A stretch of DNA of 61,227 nucleotides from NCBI GenBank assembly GCA_903881565.1, contig CAIRTR010000130.1, forward strand, positions 1-61,227, written 5' to 3'. Origin of the DNA: Oligoflexia bacterium (lineage in GTDB: Bacteria > Bdellovibrionota > UBA1018). This document shows, one piece after another, positions 36,527-44,889 of this stretch (position 1 is its first letter; the number at the start of each line of letters is the position of its first letter). A program made the translations under genes and the position numbers. The notes below the pieces were generated by a model, which had not been told where the DNA came from, did no database searches, and saw only the letters and a list, made by a program, of their open reading frames with translations.

Positions 36527-37441
36527 TTAGGAGCGTCGTTTCAATGAAGCTCCTATGGTCGGGCCAACAAGGGCAAAAAGAACCCCTGCAAAGACGAGTA
36601 AACTCGAAAAAATCGTCCTTGGGGTCACGATTTCTCCCTTCCAGGCCCATGCCAACAGACTGGCCACGACGGGTTGGAGATAAATAAACAGTGCGACCGA
36701 AGAGGGAGACGCTTTAGCCAGTGCCCAGTTATTTAAGAAATAAGTAAGCAGCGTTCCCCCGAGAATTGCAAACGCCATGGCAGCCCACAAACCGCTGGTG
36801 AGTTCAGGGGGTTGAAAATGAGCCCAATCAGGGAGCGCCAAAATCCCAAGCCCCACACTGCCATACATGAAAAGCCAGGAGGTCGTCCAGAACCGGTCAT
36901 AGGTTTGAAGAAACTTTTTCCCGTAAGAAAGAAAAAAGGCGTAACTCAAGCAATTCAAGAGCGTTAAAAGGTCCCCTACAGCCGTCTTGTCGGACAGCGT
37001 GAAGGTCTCGATGTTTCGTAGCAGCAACACACCACTGAACGCGAAAACAAAGCCCACACCCTTGTAACGGGTGAACGGCTCCTGCCCTCGCAACGTCACC
37101 ACGAGCAAGGTGAAGATGGGGATCATCGTGTTGAGAATCGCGCTATTGGTCGGAGTTGTGTAGTGAAGACCCACCAAAAAAGAAGCCTGGTTAATCACAG
37201 TTCCAAGGAGTGCCAACCCGATCAGAGGGACAAAAAACCGACGATCCATTGACGGATGCTTTCGCCGGGTCAAAAGTGCGATGCTCACCATCAGCACCGA
37301 AGAGATGATAATTCGCAGGCTGGCCCACAAAAGGGGCGGAAAGACTCCGACCACAATCTTCGAAACGACGTAATTCACCCCAAAAAGGATTTGAATGAGA
37401 ATAAGGGCCGCAATAACTAAGGGTGAATTTTGAGTTCCCAT
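36527..37441 (-). CDS. EamA/DMT superfamily transporter
   Basis: About 10 hydrophobic helices in two EamA-like halves. Confidence 0.85.
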   Translation of the reverse strand: MGTQNSPLVIAALILIQILFGVNYVVSKIVVGVFPPLLWASLRIIISSVLMVSIALLTRRKHPSMDRRFFVPLIGLALLGTVINQASFLVGLHYTTPTNSAILNTMIPIFTLLVVTLRGQEPFTRYKGVGFVFAFSGVLLLRNIETFTLSDKTAVGDLLTLLNCLSYAFFLSYGKKFLQTYDRFWTTSWLFMYGSVGLGILALPDWAHFQPPELTSGLWAAMAFAILGGTLLTYFLNNWALAKASPSSVALFIYLQPVVASLLAWAWKGEIVTPRTIFSSLLVFAGVLFALVGPTIGASLKRRS

Positions 37442-37493
37442 GTGACTTCTTAAGAATAGTGGTAAACTCTAATTACCGAAAGGAAGATTTTGA

Positions 37494-38840
37494 ATGAGAA
37501 GCTTTCTTCTTCTTTGCTTAGGCCTAATCACTTTTGCGACTCCACAGGCTTTTGCGAGTCCCCTAACACTCCCTCACTCCGTTATTTCTGATCTGCTATC
37601 AGAGTCTGTTCCTACCGCCTTTCCCCCTATCGACTTTCAGGCCGGAGATTTTGCCATTGAATGGGACAAATCCGCGCCCCAGGGCGTGCGTGCGTTTATC
37701 GAAAAACGAAGCATCCAATGGGTTCGTGTCAGTGAAATGCTGGTCCTGCCTCGGGCACGCCTCGCCGTTGAAGTCGATGGCGCCGAAAGCGGTCGCGCGC
37801 AAACCGGTGGCGGCACTCAATCGTTCGAGATTCAAGGAACGACCGGAAAAGCCTTCATCGCTGTGGCTCTCCTCTCGGGCCCAAAAAACCCGATCGATTT
37901 GAGCTGGACTCGTGCGGGCAAAAGGGAAACCGCTCGTGCGTTCATCAAATTCAAACCGCGAAGTGAGCTTAAGCCACCTTACCTGTTTTTGGACCATACA
38001 TGCTCACGCTTCGGTGTGAGCGCTAAAGTTGCGCAGTTTCAGTCCGATCAATGGGTTTTCGTCAGTTGTCGTTTTGCCGAAATCGAATCGGAGCATCATC
38101 GCTCGCAGGGACTCGAACTTTTTGTCTTTTGGGATGGCGTAGGTGAAACGATTAACATCGGAGGCCAACCCACACCGCAGACCTCTGACTCCGAATGGAC
38201 CCTCAGACTTCGCTCCGCTCCTGGCAGCATTCGGCTTGGTGCGGGACAAACCGATTTCACCCTCTCCTATTTTGCACAGGAGAATTGGCATCGCGGAAAC
38301 ATCGCGCTCGGCATTGGCCCTTACGCCTATTCATTTTCCGGAGCAGGACAGGACTTTTCGACCTGGACACTTTTTCCGACCGTCTACCTTTCCTACTTCA
38401 TTACCGAATCCATGCGAATGGTAACCTTCGGTGCAAGTCACGCCAGCTCGCGCGGCAATACGGATCTCGGAGTTTATCTGAGTACTGAATACGGCAAAAT
38501 TCTCGACAAACGCGTCACAATCAATCTGATGTTGGGTGGCCACCTCATTGGTTTCAAATCCGAGGGCCAATATTATCTGCGCGTCGGAGCACCCCAAGGC
38601 ATGGAAGTCGTCGTATCCGATGTTTTTGGCGCTGGCCACAATCTGATGTTGGGCGGTTTCATTTATCCCATGATCTCTGGAAAATCCTATACGAATGTCT
38701 GGCTTCGTTGGGGCACTTCGCAACTTTTCGGAGAGTTCAACTACATTGCCTGGGATGAAAAGGTTTACGAAAACCCATTCGCCTCACATAGCGTGGGGTT
38801 AACGATAGGGTTTCCGCTGAGTTTTGCGAAGTTTCTGTAG
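37494..38840 (+). CDS. Secreted hypothetical protein, possible outer-membrane protein
   Basis: Signal peptide (MRSFLLLCLGLITFATPQAFA). The C-terminal half has strand-like alternation and ends ...FPLSFAKFL. Confidence 0.65.
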   Translation: MRSFLLLCLGLITFATPQAFASPLTLPHSVISDLLSESVPTAFPPIDFQAGDFAIEWDKSAPQGVRAFIEKRSIQWVRVSEMLVLPRARLAVEVDGAESGRAQTGGGTQSFEIQGTTGKAFIAVALLSGPKNPIDLSWTRAGKRETARAFIKFKPRSELKPPYLFLDHTCSRFGVSAKVAQFQSDQWVFVSCRFAEIESEHHRSQGLELFVFWDGVGETINIGGQPTPQTSDSEWTLRLRSAPGSIRLGAGQTDFTLSYFAQENWHRGNIALGIGPYAYSFSGAGQDFSTWTLFPTVYLSYFITESMRMVTFGASHASSRGNTDLGVYLSTEYGKILDKRVTINLMLGGHLIGFKSEGQYYLRVGAPQGMEVVVSDVFGAGHNLMLGGFIYPMISGKSYTNVWLRWGTSQLFGEFNYIAWDEKVYENPFASHSVGLTIGFPLSFAKFL

Positions 38841-38927
38841 AGGGACTCGAATGTTTAAAATATCCAATAATTTCGCGCCCTTCAAGTCTTGAACCGATTT
38901 TGATCAAGGCTTGAAAACACTGCAGCT

Positions 38928-40247
38928 GTGCGCTATACTAAACCTATGATTACCCAATCTTGGCTCCATTCATCTGATTGGGCTAAATCGGATCCGCATT
39001 TAAAGAAATATCACGCACAATCCTTTAAGCGAGCTAGCCTCCCACTCGATCCCGCACCGGGAATTCATACTTTGCTTGGTCCCAGACGAATCGGAAAATC
39101 AACTCAGTTTAAACTTTGGATCCAGGAACTCCTCACTTCCCGGCGTATTGCAGGCGAGAAAATCGTCTACTTGGACGCCGAGCGTTTCGAAAACTGGAAA
39201 GAACTCTATCAGACAATTGCGCCTTTTGAAAAATGCGTTCTCTTTATCGATGAAGTAACGGCACCAAAAGACTGGGAGCGCGCCCTAAAGATTTTTGCCG
39301 ACGAAGGAAAAATAGAAACCACCTGCATTTGGATAACGGGTTCGAATGCATTTGCGTTGAAAAACTCAGGCGAGAGGCTTCCAGGACGCAGAGGAAAGGG
39401 GCTCATACTGAGAGACGCAGAACTGCTCCCTCTCACATTCAAAGAGTTTCATCACGTCATGACCGTCAATACCCCACCGTCATCTGCTACTCAATCCTTT
39501 GAGAAGTTTTTAAGATGGGGTGGCTATCCGGCCTCCGTTTCTGAATGCCTGGACCACGAATCATGCTCGACCGATTGGCTTCAAGAATTGTTGGATGTCG
39601 TCTTGGGTGAAGCGAGTCGCATGCATCGCTCCCCTCGCCTCACGGCAGCCTTAAGTGAACGAATTTGGATTAATCTCACACAAAGAACGAGCTATCACGC
39701 GATTTCAAAAATGATTGATGCAGGTTCACACCCCATTATTCGTCAATATATCGAAATTCTAGAAGGCTGTTACACCTTGATCACAGCCGAGCGATTCAAT
39801 CCAAAGACCAAAGGCGGAGTCCTAAAAAAGGAAAAAAAATTCTACTTCTTGGACCCCCTTGTGATGCACGCCCTTGTTTCTTATGCCCAACAAGGGCGCC
39901 TGGACCCGGATTGGCTTAAAACCCAGATTGAAGAGCCGAGCAAGAAGGGGTTACTCATTGAGAACGTCGTAGCCTCAGAGCTTCGAAAAAAGAATTTTGT
40001 GTTTTATTACGATGAGGCCTATGGAGGAGAAATTGATTTTGTCCTCCCCTTTCAACCCGAACTCCCTGCCATCGAAGTAAAGCTCAGCATGCCCTCACTG
40101 AGCGAAATTCGGCCAATGACGGCATACCCCAAGGGGGAAGTCTGGGTCTATCGTTGGATGAATCCAACCTCGAAGGACGGCGAGAGAATAACTAAGATTG
40201 GCGAAACAAAGGTGTGCTCACTTGTGGATCGTTTGTTGGAGTTATAG
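38928..40247 (+). CDS. AAA-type ATP-binding protein with DUF4143-like C-terminal domain
   Basis: LLGPRRIGKST Walker A, LFIDEV Walker B, and FLRWGGYP plus C-terminal EIDFVL are typical of the AAA_14/DUF4143 family. GTG start. Confidence 0.8.
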   Translation: MRYTKPMITQSWLHSSDWAKSDPHLKKYHAQSFKRASLPLDPAPGIHTLLGPRRIGKSTQFKLWIQELLTSRRIAGEKIVYLDAERFENWKELYQTIAPFEKCVLFIDEVTAPKDWERALKIFADEGKIETTCIWITGSNAFALKNSGERLPGRRGKGLILRDAELLPLTFKEFHHVMTVNTPPSSATQSFEKFLRWGGYPASVSECLDHESCSTDWLQELLDVVLGEASRMHRSPRLTAALSERIWINLTQRTSYHAISKMIDAGSHPIIRQYIEILEGCYTLITAERFNPKTKGGVLKKEKKFYFLDPLVMHALVSYAQQGRLDPDWLKTQIEEPSKKGLLIENVVASELRKKNFVFYYDEAYGGEIDFVLPFQPELPAIEVKLSMPSLSEIRPMTAYPKGEVWVYRWMNPTSKDGERITKIGETKVCSLVDRLLEL

Positions 40248-40380
40248 GTCAAAGAATCAGGTGCACTTACCCCACAATGCACTTTATCTAGTACACATTT
40301 ATCACCGTTAAGTTTCGGATAAGAAGTTCAAATCGGCACAACTCTGCAACTTTCTTGAATTCGAAACGTATTCTGCTGCA

Positions 40381-40396
40381 TGGCACGTGCGTTGCT
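40381..40396 (+). promoter_or_regulatory. Sigma54 (-24/-12) promoter TGGCACG-N4-TTGCT
   Basis: Read directly: TGGCACGTGCGTTGCT, with GG at 40382-83 and GC at 40394-95 (GG-N10-GC spacing). It lies 67 nt upstream of the ATG at 40463, and GGAG lies 7 nt before the ATG. Confidence 0.6.
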
Positions 40397-40462
40397 TTAA
40401 CACTGAACAAGTAAAGCGCTGCTTGGTTAAAAAAACACCCCAAACAAACACGGAGTAAATTA

Positions 40463-41437
40463 ATGAAAAAATACGGAACTATTTATCTCGAAATTATTAC
40501 CCTCACCCTCATTGCCCTTGCGCTTCCCACTGCCTGTGGCCAGCCCTTAGGCGGAAGTTCTGGAACAAATCCCACAGGCGCCGATGCAAGTACGGTCAAT
40601 TTCGGCCTACTTGCTCAAAACGTATTACAATCCAAGTGTACCACTTGCCACTCAGGGACTGGAGCTTCAGCAGGAGTTGATCTATCATCCTACGAGAGCA
40701 CCATGAAAACCGGGTCAGTCGTCGCGTATTACCCGGAGAAAAGCAGTCTCTATACCTCGACAAACTCAGGCTCGATGCAGCGAGGAGGCAGTCCGCTTTC
40801 GAAAACCGAAATCCAATACATTTACAATTGGATCAAGGCCGGAGCGCCAAAAGATGCCCTCGCTTCAAACGCATCTCCAGAAGGCACGACCTCAACGAGC
40901 TCCCCTCAGACCGCTCCCAGTGTAGGTTCTGAACCTACAGGGCTTCCCGTTTGTAAAGTCGACTCAAATTCGAAAACCAAACCCCGCGATAGAAATAGAG
41001 GGAAGGGCGAGGACAGCGACAATGACGACGAGGACAAGAATGATTTAGTCGAAACTGGAGTCACTCCAAACTGTGTACCTTCACCACTCCCGGCTCCAAG
41101 CCCGACAGCATTACCAAGCCCCACCCCAGTCCCAACACCAACACCAACGCCGACTCCTACACCAACGGCCGCCGCGACCTTCACCCAAGTGTTCAGCACC
41201 ATCGTGAAACCAAAATGCGCCACCTGTCACACGGGTTCCGGCTCTCCAATGGGTTATGATTTATCTTCTTACGCCCAAGTCATGGCAACGGGGAGTGTCG
41301 TAGCCGGCAGTGCGAGCGGAAGCCGTCTCTACACCTCGACGTCATCGGGCTCAATGCCTCCTTCAGGCACAAAACTCTCGGCCACTGAACTCAAGCTGAT
41401 TTCGGATTGGATCAACAGTGGCGCAGCCAATAACTAA
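40463..41437 (+). CDS. Lipoprotein-like di-domain c-type cytochrome (two PSCyt1-like domains joined by a low-complexity linker; cassette 2)
   Basis: Signal peptide plus ...LPTAC. CTTCH (40637..40651) and CATCH (41216..41230) are each followed by G-SVV..G....S-LYTST-SGSM...G-LS..E......WI..GA. The linker spans aa 133-238. Confidence 0.8.
   Translation: MKKYGTIYLEIITLTLIALALPTACGQPLGGSSGTNPTGADASTVNFGLLAQNVLQSKCTTCHSGTGASAGVDLSSYESTMKTGSVVAYYPEKSSLYTSTNSGSMQRGGSPLSKTEIQYIYNWIKAGAPKDALASNASPEGTTSTSSPQTAPSVGSEPTGLPVCKVDSNSKTKPRDRNRGKGEDSDNDDEDKNDLVETGVTPNCVPSPLPAPSPTALPSPTPVPTPTPTPTPTPTAAATFTQVFSTIVKPKCATCHTGSGSPMGYDLSSYAQVMATGSVVAGSASGSRLYTSTSSGSMPPSGTKLSATELKLISDWINSGAANN
41123..41167 (+). repeat. 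Thr-Pro codon microrepeat (TPVPTPTPTPTPTPT) within the cytochrome linker
   Basis: ACC CCA GTC CCA ACA CCA ACA CCA ACG CCG ACT CCT ACA CCA ACG, read directly. Coding low-complexity region. Confidence 0.8.
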
Positions 41438-41465
41438 ACCAAACAACAAAATGGAGAAATCAATA

Positions 41466-42086
41466 ATGCAGAATCAGAAAATAGATTGGATCACGAAACT
41501 CACCTTCACTTTATGGATAGCGGGAAGCTTCACCTCGAGCCTCGCTGCCCTTCCTCAGAAACAAAGTTGGAATCTCGATCCCACCAAAGACGAGGGAAAA
41601 GTTGAGTTTGTCGCAATCGGCAAACCCAGCCTGCTTAAGATTCACGGCGTTGGCGCAGCCCCTAAAGGAAACTTCGCCATCCAAGGATCTTCTGTCTCGG
41701 GCCGCGTCGAATTCGCCTTGCAAACCCTCGATTCAGGAATCGAAATGCGCGACAAGCACATGAAGGAGAAGTACTTGGAACTTGAAAAGTTTCCGGTCGC
41801 GACGCTTGAAATCAAAAACCTCATTTTGCCGCGGCCCGCACCTGAGGGAGATTTCGCAATGGAAGGGGTCGCTTTTGAAGGTCCTTTGACACTGCATGGA
41901 TTAACAAAACCTGTAAAAGGAACAGCCAAGATTGCCCGCGCGGGCGGCCAAATGTTAGTTGAAGCGGAGTTCGGTTTAAAAATTACGGACTTCGCAATAC
42001 CCATCCCGAACTTTGCCGGCATTGCGATAGCCGATGAGGTGAAAATTCATGTGGAATCAAAAGCAAGCAAGGTGGCTTCAAAATGA
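41466..42086 (+). CDS. YceI-like family protein, secreted (cassette 2)
   Basis: GGAGA lies 7 nt upstream of the ATG at 41466. GKVEFVAIG...LQTLDSGIEMRDKHMKEKYLELEKFPVATLEI...GPLTLHGLTKPV. Paralogue of 20685..21323. Confidence 0.85.
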   Translation: MQNQKIDWITKLTFTLWIAGSFTSSLAALPQKQSWNLDPTKDEGKVEFVAIGKPSLLKIHGVGAAPKGNFAIQGSSVSGRVEFALQTLDSGIEMRDKHMKEKYLELEKFPVATLEIKNLILPRPAPEGDFAMEGVAFEGPLTLHGLTKPVKGTAKIARAGGQMLVEAEFGLKITDFAIPIPNFAGIAIADEVKIHVESKASKVASK

Positions 42087-43197
42087 ACTGACCTCCACCC
42101 TAGTCATCGCCCTAACCATCACTCTCGGAGTGGCCACCCATCCCTCCGAGAGTTTTGCTTTTCCCGAAATGGTCAGACATGGCTATCAAAACTGCACGGC
42201 TTGCCACATCAGCACGAATGGCGGAGGCATCCTCACTCAATATGGCCGAGCTTTGTCTCGCGAAGTGATGAGCAGCTGGGGACAAGAGGGAGAAGAAAAT
42301 TTCCTCTATGGCGCAATTCCCCCTGTTAACTGGCTGGCACTTGGCGGTGATGTACAAACACTAAACATCACGCAACAAGACCGAGCTCCTCAGAGCCGTT
42401 TTATTCTGATGCACGCGGATCTTGAAGCTGCAGTGAACGTCGGCCAATTCACAGCAACCGGAACGCTGGGTTTGCTTGATAGCGCCATATTTCCAGAAGG
42501 CAATCATCTTATTAGCAGGCGCCACTATCTACGCTATCATCCAACAGACGAGCTCTTCTTTCGCGCCGGTCGCTTTAACCAAGCTTTTGGAATCAATACG
42601 GCCGAGCACGCGATGGTCACTAAACGAAGCTTAGGCTGGGACGAGGGATCGGAGTCCTATAATCTTGAAGGCTCGTGGATCGGTGAAAAGGTGAACGTTT
42701 ACGTCACCGGCAACTTTGGCAGACTCGACTCACCAAAGTTGAATCGTGACGTCGGAGTGACTGGAAGTTTAGCCTACGCGGCCGCAGAGAAAATAAAAAT
42801 AGGGAGCAGCTACTACTATGGAACTAACGATTTTGCTCGTCGAAATATTTTGGGTGGCTGGGGGATTGTTGGATTTACAAAAAAGATCGTTCTCCTGGGG
42901 GAATACGATCTTCAACGCTACTTCGCCGCCACAGCCATAGATCCGCAATGGGGATCAGTCGATTATCTCAAACTCGACGGCGAAGTCTTGCGTGGATTGC
43001 ATGTCTTTGCCACCCAGGAATACGCACAACTGAACTTCCTTGATAGCAATACCCAAACTTATGTTTATGGCATCGGAACCCAATTCTTTCCGCGGCCCCA
43101 TTTTGATTTTCAATTGGTTTTTCAAACGCGAGACAACGTCGGGACCGGTCTAGGGTTCAAGAACTGGGTGTTCTTCCTGCTTCATTATTATCTTTAA
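42049..43197 (+). CDS. Predicted outer-membrane beta-barrel protein with N-terminal CxxCH haem-c motif (cassette 2)
   Basis: GAGGTGA lies 6 nt upstream of the ATG. The signal peptide ends ...ESFA and the mature N-terminus is FPEMVRHGYQNCTACH (CTACH at 42193..42207). Strand-like sequence runs to the C-terminal FFLLHYYL. About 60% identical by eye to 19591..20685 over the first 65 or so mature residues. Confidence 0.75.
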   Translation: MWNQKQARWLQNELTSTLVIALTITLGVATHPSESFAFPEMVRHGYQNCTACHISTNGGGILTQYGRALSREVMSSWGQEGEENFLYGAIPPVNWLALGGDVQTLNITQQDRAPQSRFILMHADLEAAVNVGQFTATGTLGLLDSAIFPEGNHLISRRHYLRYHPTDELFFRAGRFNQAFGINTAEHAMVTKRSLGWDEGSESYNLEGSWIGEKVNVYVTGNFGRLDSPKLNRDVGVTGSLAYAAAEKIKIGSSYYYGTNDFARRNILGGWGIVGFTKKIVLLGEYDLQRYFAATAIDPQWGSVDYLKLDGEVLRGLHVFATQEYAQLNFLDSNTQTYVYGIGTQFFPRPHFDFQLVFQTRDNVGTGLGFKNWVFFLLHYYL

Positions 43198-43206
43198 GCC
43201 TAACGG

Positions 43207-44889
43207 CTAGTGACAGCGATCGCACCCACCGATACTACCCACACCATGTTGATAATATCCTTTTTTCCATGGCTTGGAGTTCTGGTGGCAAAAGAGACAA
43301 TCTCCCGCTTTCGCGTGCGAAAAATGATGTTCGCCCAATTTAGTAGGACGCTCTACCTCATGGCATTCCCCACAGTTACGTTTGGGAGCCGGATTGTGCC
43401 CGAAAACCGCGCCCGACCAATTTGGGGCGGCCTTCTTATGGCATCCGATGCAGTCTCCCGATCCAAAAGTCTCATGATCAAATCGCTTGACGACGCCGAT
43501 CGGAGCTCCCGTGTTATGACAAGGAAAGCAAGACGCTTCGAGCGTGCCGCCGGCTGAATGCTGAAACTTCCAATTCGAAACGCCGGAGTTCTTGGACACA
43601 TGACAAAGATTACAATCTTTGTCGCCAAAATGGCTCAAAACGGTAGGCTTAGGTGCTGAAGGATTAACGGTTGGGAAAATAGTTTTGTCTGGCCGTTTCT
43701 GCTCATGACAATTCGAACACGTTTTCAAAGTCGAATTTTGAGCAGGATGAGGACTCACGGCTTTCCAACTTTTCCCCACTTCCAAATGGCATCCCAGACA
43801 ATCCACGCTGCCATAATGCGAAGATACGGGCCGGCGCGCCTCATGGCAGCTTGCACACTCCGAGAGGCCCCTGGGATGAACATAAACCGTGCGACTCCAA
43901 GGCTGATTAAATTGATGACAGCTCAGGCAATCCCCAGCCTTCTGATGCGAAAATCCATGTGTGACTGCAGGTGGGCGATTCGCTTCGTGGCATGGCAAAC
44001 AAGATTGCACCGGTGCCGGATCATGTTTGAACACGCCCCCACTCCACACCTTGCTGTCCTGGTGACACTTGAAACAATCTCCGGCTCCGAAAACCTGATG
44101 AGTAAAGCGCCCGATCATCGCCTCAGGGCGTTTATCCGCATGACAAGGCAAACAGGATTTCAGGGAATTCTGATTTGCCGAGTGGGTGTAAACGAATTTG
44201 CCACCTTCAACCGTCCGAGACTCGTGACAAAGAATGCAATCATCCGCACCAAAGTGCCCGGGCTGCTTCTGCGTCACTTGCGGTCTATCGCGCTCATGAC
44301 AGCCGTTACAATTTACGGGGACTGGATTGTTCTGGGGATGAGGTGAACTTGTCGACTGCGCCCAACTCCGAGTTGAGTCAAGGTGACAGCTTGCGCAGTC
44401 CTGCCCGGCAAAATGATCCGGCGATTTTCTGCGAGACTCATGGCACGGCAAGCAGGTCGCTATCGAGCGAAGTTCAAAATTCTTATGCGTAAAACGAAAT
44501 CCGACATCCTGATTTTGACCCGCTTCATGGCAAGAAAAGCAATCTTGCTTACCGAAATGTTCGGGCTTCGGCCGATTGACCTCGTGACATAAAACGCAGG
44601 AACTCGGCAATGGCTTATGAGTGAAGTTCTGTAAGGCTTTCCAACTTGGCCCGATTCTGTGGCAAATCGCGCAGTCCGCGCTTTGCCCATGGGGAACACC
44701 CGCAACCGGCGCGGGGCGAAGGGTTTCGTGGCAACTTGAGCAAGACTGTTCCGCCACGATCGCATGAGAAAACTTCGCTACTTTTGATGCTTCATTTGTG
44801 ACCGCAGGCTGTTCTAAAAAGTTACACCCCTGAGAAAATATCCCAGACAAAAAGAGCGCGACTAATGCGGCTGAAACCCAGATTTTCAT
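43207..44889 (-). CDS. Multihaem c-type cytochrome with 21 CxxCH motifs, lipoprotein-like signal
   Basis: I counted 21 CxxCH motifs in 560 aa. Ten tandem dihaem units follow the pattern CxxCHExxRP...HFGxxDCxxCH (Paired_CXXCH-like). The last motif, CDRCH, is the C-terminus. The N-terminus is MKIWVSAALVALFLSGIFSQGC. Confidence 0.9.
   Translation of the reverse strand: MKIWVSAALVALFLSGIFSQGCNFLEQPAVTNEASKVAKFSHAIVAEQSCSSCHETLRPAPVAGVPHGQSADCAICHRIGPSWKALQNFTHKPLPSSCVLCHEVNRPKPEHFGKQDCFSCHEAGQNQDVGFRFTHKNFELRSIATCLPCHESRRKSPDHFAGQDCASCHLDSTRSWAQSTSSPHPQNNPVPVNCNGCHERDRPQVTQKQPGHFGADDCILCHESRTVEGGKFVYTHSANQNSLKSCLPCHADKRPEAMIGRFTHQVFGAGDCFKCHQDSKVWSGGVFKHDPAPVQSCLPCHEANRPPAVTHGFSHQKAGDCLSCHQFNQPWSRTVYVHPRGLSECASCHEARRPVSSHYGSVDCLGCHLEVGKSWKAVSPHPAQNSTLKTCSNCHEQKRPDKTIFPTVNPSAPKPTVLSHFGDKDCNLCHVSKNSGVSNWKFQHSAGGTLEASCFPCHNTGAPIGVVKRFDHETFGSGDCIGCHKKAAPNWSGAVFGHNPAPKRNCGECHEVERPTKLGEHHFSHAKAGDCLFCHQNSKPWKKGYYQHGVGSIGGCDRCH

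Noticed and set aside
41123-41167. ACN-CCN repeat run, considered as a tandem-repeat/contingency locus or CRISPR-like periodicity.
   Set aside because: It is in frame inside a CDS and encodes a (Thr-Pro)n linker. The codons are heterogeneous and there is no spacer-repeat architecture.
43705-44346. 213-aa plus-strand ORF, plus other ORFs (43210..43557, 44175..44492) inside the multihaem cytochrome locus.
   Set aside because: They are antisense to a gene with 21 regularly spaced CxxCH motifs, which is overwhelming evidence for the minus-strand frame. The plus-strand products are Arg/Met-rich nonsense.
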